A stretch of 58,658 bases of DNA, counting the filler, from Sphacelaria rigidula (Eukaryota): the NCBI GenBank assembly GCA_964200075.2. It is 9 parts of 9 records of this genome, joined end to end, with 100 filler letters (N's around TTAATTAATTAA, not from the genome) between each part and the next. Parts side by side here need not be neighbours in the genome. Positions count along the whole stretch, not along the records: positions 32,646 to 39,074 come from CAXNAA020020123.1; positions 39,175 to 45,602 come from CAXNAA020020124.1; positions 45,703 to 52,130 come from CAXNAA020020125.1; 6 more parts are not named here. One strand, given 5' to 3'. Below are positions 36,633 to 49,063 of the stretch, piece after piece. Position 1 is the first letter of the stretch. Each line of letters opens with the position of its first letter. A program made the position numbers and the translations under genes. The notes beneath the pieces were generated by a model. That model saw only the letters and a list, made by a program, of their open reading frames with translations. It ran no database searches and had not been told where the DNA came from.

Positions 36633-39600
36633 CTACTGTAGCATTGCTCAAATCGCTATCATCCGCTGTATACATCGTTCGGGGTTTCATATAAACTTTG
36701 GTATGGACGCTACCTCTGAACGCGGCAAAGGAATTGCTAAAAACATTGTCCCAGACCTTTGAGCAGATGGGCACCTTCCCTTTGATCAGCCGATTAATAC
36801 GATATGCAAATCACGGCCCAACTCGTCTGTGTCGATGAGACATTGCTTTGAGAGCTTACGTCCGCGTCTAGGCCGGCCCAGCTCGTGTGGTGAACACTTT
36901 CAAACCATCGCCACGGCCCGCGGTACTGAGAAGGAGATCGTGACCCGTGATCACTCTACACCCCCGCGTACACGCTGGGGAGTGTACAAACACTTCATTG
37001 CACAGGTGGCTGCTGTATCCGTTATCTGCATTTGATAAAATCCCCAGGTTGTAGGTAACTTAACCATCGGGAGGACAGCACGCTATTTTGGATGCAAAAA
37101 ACAAACGTGTACGAGCATACGCAGTGTATTATTCTGCGTGTGATCAATGACAATAATAATACTCGGTAGTCTCTCGCAGGATGTGAAATCAGGACACAAC
37201 AACCCGTGCCTCACGTTGTTCATTGTCTCTAGAATCTCAGGACATTATGAAATATCGACCAGTACCACGAGAAGCCACCCCCACGGTCTTAACATGCTTC
37301 GTGCCTTCAGAGAAAATATAAAATCTGGGCCGACGAGATCTGAGAGTGGGGTTGTTCCACAGAACGACCCGGATGGCGTTGGTGATGTGATGCGTGACAA
37401 CGGGTATTGGATGTCTTTAATTGATACTAGTGTGGTTCTGCACTGCAGGCCCACAAGCGGAGTACGGAGCACTAACCACAACCAATCTACCTTAGTTGCA
37501 GCTACAACAACCAACGGCGGAACGGCACGCACTCCCTGGTTGTATCATCTATCCCTGGTGGGTGAAAGATCATGTCGGCCAAATACTTCCCTTGGTATGG
37601 GTGTAGCAGCGCATGATACACCACCATCTAATTACCGCTTGGGAGTCCAAGCACAGACTGAATTGTAGGGGTGTATAAGGTGCCGACAGTAGTTGCATGC
37701 AGGATATGGGTGCATAGGTGTGGATGAAAACGATGCGAGTACTACACAGGGATCTGCTTTGTTTAGCTTTGCTGTGCTGCAAGGAACAAACTTCGCCTGG
37801 AAGTGATACATGCAACTTGCCGTCAGTTTTTGCGTCTGCGTTGTTGGCATGGTCGGCGTTGGTCATGCCGCAAATGGCGGCATGCAACACCCCCTTGATG
37901 GTGAGTTTTCAACCTTGATTTCTGGGCATACTAGACGCCGTACGCCACTGGGAAAATGTTGAGCACAATTATCGCCATAAGACGCACCACTACGCGTGTA
38001 TTTGCGGTAGGCTTTGGTGATACCCTGGTCTCAGAGTATGCCGCTTCGGGGGTGTTATATTCCGTCATGCGCCTTCATCCACGTGGATATATGTTGCGCA
38101 TGAAGAGCTCTGTTATGTACATGAATAATATAATTTCCCATTTTTCATCACTTTTGCCGACTTTTCTCTAGCAGCAATGCAATTTTCCGCGCGCTTTCTT
38201 GTGTAGCGCACTGAGAAGGCTCAGCGGTACATTGCCGTTCAGGTTTGGGTGTCATCTGATACCTGTGGCGCGTGTTCTGGCCACCGGAAGTCGCTCAAAC
38301 TGACCGTTTTTCGCGAGGTGTCGATCCCGAACCACAAAAGCCTTTTCAAGATCATGGAAAACTTGAAACAAGCACCCGAACCACAAAAAAAGCCTGTTGA
38401 AGATCATGGAAATATTAGGGCTGTGAACTGGACCAGTTTGTACTGGCAGTTCAACTGGAACTGGAATTTAACTGAAACTGGTGAGAAGTACTCCAGTTTA
38501 TCCAGTTTATTTGAAGTCTGCCGTTACCGGCTATATTTATACCACTTTTAGTATAGTGATTTCACAACAAGATGCTCGAATGATGACGAAAATGATGGCA
38601 GTAGGATTGGGGTCTGCCCCTGACAACAGTACAGGTAAAGACAGTATAGTGCAGCACTCGTGGTCACTACACCTCGGAGTGATATTGCAGATATATGCCA
38701 GGTTTGTCGTTTCATAGCACGACATTTGGAATGAAAAATAGCAAGCGAACGGTGATCCGCGACAAAAAAACACACCATGGCTTGCACTTCAACTGCATGC
38801 GTGCTTATGGCTCCGGACGTGAATCATTTCGCGCTCTTTTCCCCGCGTGCTGCCAGCCTTGACTTGTTTGCATCCTCTTCTCCGCTCCTCACGGAGAGTC
38901 TCCTCACGGAGAGTCTGCTGCTGCAGATCACAGGTGCATGTCATCCGAGAGTGCCCAAAACAATCAATCCGAGACTCTATGCCCCCTTTTTAATTTCTGG
39001 AGTTTGTCGGGGGGGGGGCGTACTCATTTGTTGCTTGCCTTAGTCATTTGACCATTGACCACGCATCCCTTTCGNNNNNNNNNNNNNNNNNNNNNNNNNN
39101 NNNNNNNNNNNNNNNNNNTTAATTAATTAANNNNNNNNNNNNNNNNNNNNNNNNNNNNNNNNNNNNNNNNNNNNCCCCCTCCCCCTACCCCCCCCCCCCT
39201 GATTGCTTGCCCCGTCTCGAAAGGGATGCGTGGTCAATGGTCAAACGACTAAAGCAAGCAACAAATGAGTACGCCCCCCCCCCCCCTAGGTGCTCTTCTG
39301 TTAGAACGCATTTACCGGTTGATGTCAACTTGCTCATGACGGGAAACCCTTTACTGTCAAAATCTGCGAGGGTGTCCCTTTCGAAATGTCTCGTCGTCGT
39401 TGTCGTCGTATTGTATGTGTGTATCTTTGCCCTCTTTTTTTTCTGCCGAGTTTCCCTAGGCGCGTCTTCCTTTGTTGTTCCTTCCCCTTGGGTAGGTGCG
39501 TCTCTCATCTTGGGACTGGCTGGCCACGGCTGTAGTCGTAGCGGATGACCTTGTGTAACACGATCTGTCAATCAATCAGAAGAGTTGAACACTTGGTGGC

Positions 39601-40889
39601 CATGGAACTTTCCGACTTAGTTTTAGTGCGGACACCAAAATCCGCACCTGTAACGGGAAGCGTGCTCCTCGCATCCGCAGAATACGTTTTCATCTAAATC
39701 GGCGCCTGCGCGAGGTGTCGCAACGCACACTTTGCCTCGAGAATGCTTTGCCCTCTCCCTGCCCGAGGGTTCTCGGCATGCTTTCGTTGAGGTTAGGATA
39801 AGGGTTAGAGATTCTCGAAATAATAAATTTCCGAGCAAGTTCCATGCTTCTTAAGTGGTGGACTAACCTCCGATCAATAAATCAATCAACCAACCAACCC
39901 ATCACGGGTAGGACGACTGAAATCGTGATTCAACTCACAGTCATCGTTCCAACGAATAAATCATACAATTCGTACATCATTTGTAATTTATACAGCTTCT
40001 CAGCTCGTGCATCGTGCGGTAAATGTCAAAGGTCCCTGTTTCCAATCCTTCCGTGAATACGGGGGTAAATAACGGGCACATAATCATCCCCTGAATTGCA
40101 ATTTGAATGAAATGATTGTACATGCCACGCACTTGTTACCATCATAAGGGGGGAACGTCATGTACAACTTGCTTGACCGAGTCGTTCGAGGTGAGCGCCC
40201 GTATATTTTTCCCACCTTCGGGTTAATGCGGGACCAACAATTTATACAGGTTGAACCTTGTCACTTCATGGGCCCTGAATCACGCGTACTTTTCTCCCAG
40301 CTGGAACGCGCGCAAGACGCCTGCGCTGCATATATGTTATCCACCCTCGACTCAGCGGGAACAACAATATATACGAGTTGAATGTTGTCACTTCATGAGG
40401 AGTCAACTCGTATGAATTCTGATTCGTAGGGCTCGGAAATGGTTTGTCTAACCATTAATCAGTTGCATGATTACGCGTAGCGCACTCATTAACCAATAAA
40501 ATGGCAGGTAATGGTTCAGTCATCGAGCGGCGAAGCCGCAAGCCAAGAAGCCCCTCTCGGTAGAGGAGGGTACTCCGGAGGCACCCCCGGAGGGCCCCGC
40601 TGGAGGCACCGTTCCAGAGGCACGTTTTTACGCGATTTGGCTTTCACCAGAGAAAAAAAATGCGTTGAATTTGGGCGAATTTTCAAGGGCAAAACCGTGG
40701 CGCACTTGGCTCGGAATTTGGATAGGAAAAGTAGCCCATTTGATATTTTCATTAAAAAAAATGGACCTTCTTTGCTGGTCTTTCGATTTTATTTTGGAAA
40801 AACATGATACTGAAGTACGAGCCATCGATGGTGAAGGCTGGCCGCGCGAGCTTGAGGCAGGCGACGTGGCAGAGCACCATGGGTGGATG

Positions 40890-41005
40890 TGCACCCGCGT
40901 GATCCGTAGCGTCGCTGCTGCGATTTTCCGCGCCGCGTACACCGCCGAGCACCCGCGTGATCTGTAGTGTCGCTCCTGCGATTTTCCGCTCCGAGTACGT
41001 CGCCG
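40890..41005 (+). repeat. Tandem duplication, ~58 bp x2
   Basis: GCACCCGCGTGATC(C/T)GTAG(C/T)GTCGCT(G/C)CTGCGATTTTCCGC occurs twice. Confidence 0.85.
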
Positions 41006-42483
41006 ATGGTGTTCATGGTGGGCGGGATTTGCGCTCTGGCGTGTCTTCTGCGTCCCTGTGTGCGCTGGAGTGTGTCCTACAGCTCAGGACTGCTGCTACA
41101 TATATGTTGTGTACTGTCTGTTGTAGCCGCCTGCTGTATGTAGCATATGAAGCCGGTAACGGCATATAATGGTTTGAAACCAGTATCCAATTTTTTCATA
41201 TGACCATTTCCATTATCCTCATTACAGTGATAATGGCCAGTTATGACTGGTACCATTTCCGAGCTCTACTGATTCGTCCTAACCGTGCAACCCATTGATG
41301 CACCAATCGACCAACCAACCATACCCATGCATCAAGCGCATGGATTTGATGCCCCCTCTTTGCCACTTGAATTTTTGCACGAAGTTGTGTCACCCCATCT
41401 CTGTGACCACGGGTTCGAGAGATAGTGCAAATATGCAACAATATACCAAAAAAATGATGAAGAATGTTGCGCGCTGCTGGGAATGTTGAAAACAACAGGC
41501 ACCACAGCACAGCAGCACACAGCACAAATACGCCTTCGCATTATGCAAACAGGTCAAGGGCAAGACCGACCCAGGTCAACCCGCACCTAATAACAATATT
41601 GCTATCGGAGACTTGAACGGCCGCTGAAAACAATGGCAACTCAGGTGTAAACATTCACCCTGCCGCGCGGGGGAGGCGGTATATTTCTTGTGGAAGACCT
41701 ATCTACTCTTACCCCTTCCTGACACCGTACGTTTCGGTATCATCCACAAGTCAGCGGTGCCTACCCCGCACTGGTTGAGTTGTGCTGTATGTATAGTTCA
41801 GCGCCACCATTTTCCACTGGCTAAGGTACATGGCACAATATCCGCGGTTCAGTTTCCCACTAGATGTGTTTTACAATATAAGTGGATTGAGTGGTTAGTT
41901 GTCCGATGTGCGCTTGCGCCGCGGAATAGGTGAGCGCTCCCGCGCGCCGCGTCGGCTTTCGTCAGAATTTTTTTGCTATTCATGCCTTCATCAGATATTC
42001 CCCAGAACCGAACGCTGTATAGAAATATATCCGCCGGAACTCGAACACGCTGCTCCGCCCTCCCCCACTTAAAAGTACACCAGCTAGACGACGGGGGCGC
42101 AGCAACGTGCACTAAATTTCGCGTTTTTTCGTTTTTCACGCCCCCTTAATTGCCCGCGGGCTGGCTTCATCAAGAGATTGGATCATCACCCGCTCCCCTA
42201 TATAACCGATGAAGTTTGCTTGGTCTCCGAGCACACATAAACCGCAATTTGTTACTTGTTGCGCAATTTCGCGTTTGGGCTACAGTACAAAATTGGTAGT
42301 TGTCTTTACATTCCTACTTGACCATCGTCGTATCCTTCTATCGATCAAAACATTCTTGGCCCATCGTCCCTCCCTCGCGCGCGCACTCATCCTCCCCGCA
42401 CCTGTTCCCTTTTTGCCCTCCGCGTCTACCGCCATTAATTATCCCACTACCCCCGTGCCATCATCAAATCAACAACGAAACAG

Positions 42484-42931
42484 GTGACAGTCTTACTCGA
42501 CTCTTCACTACGACGCTGGCGTACATGCTGCAGGCGCAGTCGATCGTGGCGGAGCACACGGGGGACCGCTGGTTGGCCTGCGACGGCAAGCTTCCCGTTT
42601 GGTTCATCCGCAACGACTATCTGGACGCGCGCACGAAGGGAGCCTTCAAGGGAGGACTGTGCGAGAGGGCACGCGGGGCCGGGGGGAGCAACGTTCGAAA
42701 GCCAGCGTCGAATACGATGTGTCAGATGTTCGCCAAGGATGCAACACTGTCCCGCTTCGACACGCTTGTGGTCAATAGCGGTGCCCACCCCCGTCCTGGC
42801 TCTGAGTATGCCACGGCCATGGCCCAGATGAGTAAGAAGGTGGCAGATTCCATGAAGAGGTTGCATGGAGAGGGTGGTGCGCTGTTGGTGTTTCGAAACA
42901 CGGTCCCCGGCCATTGGCACTGCACTCAGAG
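42484..42931 (+). CDS. Internal exon of a TBL/PC-esterase-family (SGNH/GDSL-like) putative polysaccharide O-acyltransferase or esterase
   Basis: cag|GT GAC AGT gives (G)DSLTRLF; also FIRNDYL, DTLVVNSGAH and LVFRNTVPGHWHC; donor AG|gtgcgt. These match the PC-esterase blocks. The DxxH-containing exon was not found in the contig. Confidence 0.8.
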
Positions 42932-43158
42932 GTGCGTTGCGTCGCATTTCCTTGCTCTTGCTTGTGTGGGCGCGAGGTTTTTTGTTGTCGTCTTGTCATT
43001 TGCGACTGCTATTTTACTCCGCCTTTTTTTTTGGCTGAGCAGCGTACGCGCTGTATTCAATGGAAGAACGAATATACTCATATCTTTTGTACAGTAGTAT
43101 ACATACGATAACATGACAAAGCGCGTTCGGTATTTCTCAGTGTGCCATGAAATTAAAT

Positions 43159-44274
43159 CGGGGCTTGTCACGAAACTTCGGGGCGAGACAGGATGTGAAC
43201 CGGTTTCCCGTGGCCAAACAGTGACGGGACGGGGCGGGAAAGGTTTCCCGTGGCCAAACAACCATGGGACCGGACGGTAACGTTGTCCATCGCTGAAAAC
43301 GACGGAGCAGAACACGGGACAGGCCGGGACGGGGACACTTACACGTCAACAAACAAATGACGGGACGGGAGGGGATTTCCGGGGACTGACCAGACGAGAA
43401 TTCCACTCCCTTTCCGTCCTCACGGAAGCCTTCCCGTGAGATTTCGTTATCCCGCTCCGTCCCGTCCCGTGCCTTCCCCACGGGAAAGCTTGTGAATGTT
43501 TACGAATCAAGCACGAGGAGACCATAATTAGTGTAGCAATGCTTGGACACGATCACGAAGAAACAATCACCGGTTACTAGGTACAACGCCCGACAATAGT
43601 TGAATAGATGTGGAAACGGTCCCGTCCCATCTTACAGCCTGCACGAGGGGAGAACATCTCGTCCCGACCCGAAGGCTCGCCCCGAATTTTCGTGACAAGC
43701 CATGGATACGGTAGTCGTGACCGTTCATCCATTCATGTGAAATGACAGACAGGGATGTGGGAGGGACCTGAGCCCGACGTCAAGAACATGTTTCCACATT
43801 CCATAGGTGCCAAGATACAATATACTCCAGTTCCCGTCAGATCGGACGGGAATTCCCGTGAGGAATATTGGAACATTTCGGTGAGGGCGGGACACGACGG
43901 TAATATTTTCCCTTGGGTTCGGGAGGACAGAAACGTGTTTCCGTCGCCAAAACAAAAGGGGCGGGACGGAAGCTTCTTATCGTAATGAGACGATGGAGGA
44001 CCGCTCTCTCGTCACCATGAAAGAGCGAGATCGGACGGGACCGCGTTTGTCGCCCGCCACGAGACGGGAACTCTCTCGCTTGAGGTCGGGTCGGCACTGG
44101 AATATGTTTCCGTCGCCATGATGAGAACGGGACATGACGTGACCCTTGTCGTCAATGAAATGACGGAATGGAACTGAAACGTGTTCCCGGCGCCAAGAAC
44201 ACGACGGGACGAGAGCTTCTGTCCCGTCCCGTGCGATCTCTCGTGACCCCTTTTTCCCCCCGTGACAAGCCCTA
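43159..44274. mobile_element. hAT-like non-autonomous element(s) with GGGCTTGTCACG TIRs and many GACGGGAC subterminal repeats
   Basis: Left TIR at 43159. Right TIRs at 43676-43704 (~30-bp match) and 44261-44274. No TSD found. Confidence 0.7.
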
Positions 44275-45555
44275 AACGTGGTTGATTGATTGCCGCGCAG
44301 TCACTGATTCGCTGCGAATACAGTTTTGGTCGTCAGGAAGACATACTCAACATGAACAAATGGAAAGACTCGCTCAAGGAAACTCGAAAGTGGCTAAAAT
44401 GTGAAGCGGAAATATGGTGTCGAAGTGAACTGAAAGTGAGCCACAGGCTATGGGTCACTGCAGTAGCTCGAGGGATGAAAACTCAAAACCAAAAATGCAG
44501 AGGAAAAAATACAAGACAGTCCCGCGCAGTAAGTTGTCTCATGTGTGTCACTTGCCAAGTCTACACCATTTCATCCTATCGTACCTCCTGCCGTACCACA
44601 TTACAGTGCGCCTGAATTGTTCATGATGGCAGTTTCTTCGTAATTGGCGATTTTGTTGGATTAGTTCGCTTGCCACCGCTCATAGCGGTGAGGATCTGAA
44701 GATAATTGCATCCGTTTCACGTTCGAAGAAAAGAAATCATCTGTACTCGATATCGAGTGACGCAGGGACTGGCCGGTCATCGGGGGTCTTGCCGCGTTTC
44801 AGCCCAGGTTGTGACTCTTCGGTATTTTCGGTCGATCGTCCCGCTCGTATGTGTGAAGAAATGTACAGGATTGATTTTTTAAATGCCACCTACTCATTGC
44901 TCTAGACCCGGATAACTGTGTTTTGCGATCAATAATAACCTTGTGATAAAAGGGTGTCTATCCGTATCGCCCCATAACACGAGCAACACTGACTTGGGCA
45001 CTGGGGGGGGGAAGGCGATCTGTTTATTTTACCAAAATCTACCGGCGCTAGCACTTCTGAGTTCTATCGAAGAGTAGTACGCGAGGAAAAACCCTTTTGA
45101 ACAAAAAACAGTTCAGGCGCCCAGTACTAAATTCCCAAGGCGATACCATGTGTACCGGCAGGGAAGGGGTGTGATTAGTTCTGGCACATGTACCGCATGA
45201 GGTGGGCTTTTGCAAAGGGATGGGGGTTGAAATTCTATTCGCCGGGCTGAAGATGCTCATCAGCAGTAAATGAAGTTAATCAAAGTAGCCAAATATGTGA
45301 CGCTTAGTCTCCTCGCGTAGGGTAGCGGGGCATGCGGTGCCAAGCTGACGTCGTGAGTGTCGTCCACACTAACAGACGTAACACCCACATTAACAAACGT
45401 ACGCCGGTACAAGCATGCGGTCGTTACTGTGCGTGAGTGAGTCTCGCGAGCCGCAGTACTTGTGTTGGCACGCGTCGGGTCTTGTTCTTCGCTAACTCCC
45501 TCATTACGATCTCTTCTTCTGTACATACGCAGGTTCGTCCTTTCTTCGAGTTTAC

Positions 45556-45602
<47 letters not shown>

Positions 45603-46033
45603 NNNNNNNNNNNNNNNNNNNNNNNNNNNNNNNNNNNNNNNNNNNNTTAATTAATTAANNNNNNNNNNNNNNNNNNNNNNNNNNNNNNNNNNNNNNNNNN
45701 NNACTTGAAGCGAATGATCGAAGCCACTCTCAATCGTATCATCTACTCTCAATCTCACGAAAACACTGTTATACCCAAAAGCGCGTGGCCGATATAGATG
45801 AGCCTCCGTCTGTTCCCAAGGCTTGTTGCTCTTCTTCGATTGGATATGAGTGCGTGTGCTTTTGCGCAAGACCTTTCCACCTGACGCTATGTTGCGGAGG
45901 TCGCCCATCTCTACTTCTCTTTCTGTTTGTTTGTTTTCAGTCTACTCTCTCTGTTCGTTCTACCTTTGTTTTTCTCCCTCACTTTTCCTCAGCGAGTGTT
46001 TCCTTTTTGTTTCATGTCGAGTGTGTCTATCAT

Positions 46034-46090
46034 GTGACCACGGCTGGGTCTCTGGAGGATCAGTCAATGTGCGACGACAGTCAATCAACT
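46034..46090 (+). repeat. Retroposon 3' end with (CAAT)n tail; copies at 16043-16105 and 49646-49706
   Basis: CATGNGACCAC..CTGG..C.CTGG.GG.TCAGT.AA.GT.CGAC..TCAATCA. Confidence 0.65.
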
Positions 46091-46551
46091 GTTCGATTTT
46101 TTCTGGTGCCTTTGCGTGTGCTGTTGCATCTACTACGACCCGACTACCCCGAAAACGATGTATCATATATTGCGTCGAGTATATAAGTATCATCATTCAA
46201 GTTCCAGGTTGCGTGGTACAAGAAACTGTGAGAATCAGGCGGCGGGCGGAAACAACAAAAATATGACATGGAATGCACACTGCACTGTAGTGTATACTGC
46301 TGTACTCGGAAGTTGGCATATAAACGCTACAGTACACCCGACGACGCCATGGCCGTGCCTCGGCGTGTCTTTTCATGTTCGATCTTCTCTGTCCACCTTC
46401 CCGAAGGTTCGCAGACGCATCTATCTCAGTTCGTGACCGGTGTGCGTGGAGGCGTTACATTCACTGTTAAGATGTTATTGGTCCGGCCATCCCGTTGCGT
46501 GCCGTCCATACATTATTAATTAGCCCGGTAGGTACCGTTACAGACCCTCAA

Positions 46552-46775
46552 CCCTTAGACCGCGAGGTTAGTCTTTTGTTCAATCGGCATTAATTTCGAG
46601 TGAAAAAAAGTATGCATGATCCAGAAAGACTAATCTCGCGGTCAAAGGGTTAACCCTTTGACCGCGACGGTAGATCACCTGCTGAATCGGCATCAATTCC
46701 ACTTGAAAAAAGTATGCGTAATCCAGATGGACTACCCGCATCGCGGTCTAAGGGTTAACCCTCTCGGCGCGTGTC
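46552..46775. mobile_element. Stack of piggyBac-like MITEs (46552-46649, 46654-46754, and a possible third starting at 46759) sharing TTAA junctions
   Basis: CCCTT(A/T)GACCGCG TIRs. Junctions GGG-TTAA-CCC at 46650-46653 and 46755-46758. Confidence 0.8.
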
Positions 46776-47038
46776 GTACCGAAGGTTATGACGCACACAC
46801 TTAGTCTGCATGTCATAACCTTTACGTTGTATGCAGATGAGTAATACCACAAGCTACCAACACCACTGCTGGCTATCAATCATCAAGTGAAAAATACGTG
46901 ATGCCATGCACTTCAATGACAGTAATCGATAAGCACAGTACAGCTGGTTGGGCGCCGAAGGCAACGATCAAGAGAAACGCCGCGCCGCGCGTGCACACGG
47001 TATTCAATGCTGAGAAGGTGCATATTCATTGTGTTCTC

Positions 47039-47231
47039 TGTAATGCGTGAGATGACCGCGTGCTTAGAGGACCGCATCGGAATTTGAACATCCCTGTGGT
47101 TAGCGTTAGTGTTAGGGTCAGGGGCGTGGTCCCTATAGGTACTGGCCCGATTGGTTTCGAAAAACGTCGATCCTGGGGTGTTTTGGACAACGGCGCGGTC
47201 CTCTAAGCACGCGGTCCTCTCACGCATTACA
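47039..47231. mobile_element. TGT...ACA MITE (Ginger-like) with degenerate TTAGGG repeats and 5-bp TSD TTCTC
   Basis: ~38-bp TIR TGTAATGCGTGAGA(T/G)GACCGCGTGCTTAGAGGACCGC. Confidence 0.75.
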
Positions 47232-48852
47232 TTCTCTGCAGATATACGAAATACGTATCGATTCGGTGTCATGCCTGTTCTGGTGACAAATGTAGGAGGT
47301 TAAGCGTAATGCTCCGGTAGGGATACACAACAAATGTTTTCTTAGGTTAGAATTGTTAGGAGCCCCTTATCTAATCCAAAACACGACTACTACTTATGAA
47401 AATATGCGAGAGCACGCCAGGATTACTATTCCTATGTGCTGGGGATATATCCCGAATAAATCTGCAAACGGGGATGCCCTGACCCATATTCTTGTGCGTC
47501 AAGAATCTTTAGGAGCCCTTGAACCAGACAAAATTTCGCGAAAAAAGTGCACCCCTATCGTAGCATTGCTCTACAAGAGGTCATGAGTTGTGGCTATATA
47601 TCACGAGACGTGCCTACGGTTCATAGTGCAGCAACTCTGTGAAAAATGGTTGTTGTTAGACGTTGCATACAGGACGGTAGGCAGACACACAGCTGGCCAT
47701 AACCCCATCTAGGAACCCCGCTCTACTTGGTTGCATCATTAGTAGCAACTGCATTCTAGAGGCGATACCATCTATCTCTACGAGTATTATTGCGTAGCAC
47801 ACAAATAGTAGTGCTGGGCCGGAGCGGGGATACACGACATAGGGTTAGCCCTGCGAATACGATGATAACTTGCAACCAACTAGTACGCGGTGATGAACGG
47901 GAACACCGCCCGCTAACCAAACTCTCGGAAGGCGATTAATAATTCAAGCACACAATGTGACGATGTATCCACTTAACTCATCTGTCAAGACATAGATGAC
48001 GATGTATCCACGCGAACAAAGCCAATCACGCAGAATACATGCATGTACTTCTCGTCCCTGAACTCCTCCATACGCCCGACTCTGACCCAGACCAAAAACT
48101 CTCCACCCCTGCAGCCCTTCTATCCACACTTGACCCCTTGATCATGAAGAGTTTGGGGCCTTCGCTGAAGGTGTGAACATATACACAAAGCCAATGCACA
48201 ACGTAAGTGGTCCCCTAGCATATACAACTGGGCTCAAATGAACTGTTCCGGTTACCTGCGCGGCATGACCCCTTGGGCGGGGGATGCCACAACAAATACT
48301 GTAGATCGATCGACCCAAGAACGACCACTAGAAGATTTGTAGAAAACGATAGCTTCGGTTAATCTTTGCACATCATGCGTCAAGGATCGGGTGCCACGGA
48401 ATGCATGGTATAATATCTTGTCGACAGTAGGGGCAGTGCTTGCAGACAGAGAGGACCTGCGCAGCTATCATGATAGCGTAGAGGGTTACCGCGGTTGAAC
48501 GTCAGTCTTTGAAAATATCTAGATTTTGTTCGGAAATCAGTCCCGCGGTCAAAGGCCGAGGGGCCAACTTTGACCACCAGGACGTCTCCGTCTCTGTTGA
48601 ACTGACTCTGTGCTGTAGCGGACAGCTTAGTTTCGTCAACATGGCAAAATAGCTGTCCGCACTCTTGAGCGCGAAGCGATAGAACGCGTCCATTTCAGTT
48701 CGTATATATGCTAATTACTATGAACCACTCTGTCTTCTTGACGGTCGCATACGCTTGCTTCAAACAGTGTTGGACAACAAAAACAGCATGCATACATGTC
48801 TACATACTACATTCGAGCTCTTCGGTCGTGGGCAAGGGGTAAATCGGAGTGG

Positions 48853-49063
48853 TGTAATGCGTGAGAGGACCGCGTGCTTAGCGGACCGCATCGTAATTTA
48901 AACATCCCTATGGTTAGGGTTAGGGTTAGGGTTAGTGTTAGGGTTAGGATCAGGGGCGTGGTACCTGCAGGGACTGGCCCGATTGGTTTCGAAAAACGTC
49001 GACCCTGGGGTGTTTCGGACTACGGCGCGGTCCTCGAAGCACGCGGTCCTCTCACGCATTACA
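48853..49063. mobile_element. Second copy of the TGT...ACA MITE with ~6 TTAGGG-type units and 4-bp TSD GTGG
   Basis: Same TIRs and body as 47039-47231. Confidence 0.8.

Noticed and set aside
38326..38415. CRISPR-like repeat-spacer-repeat
   Set aside because: Only two imperfect units with a short spacer, eukaryotic context, and no cas genes.
48911..48950. Chromosome end or true telomere
   Set aside because: It is a short tract inside a TIR element with TSDs.
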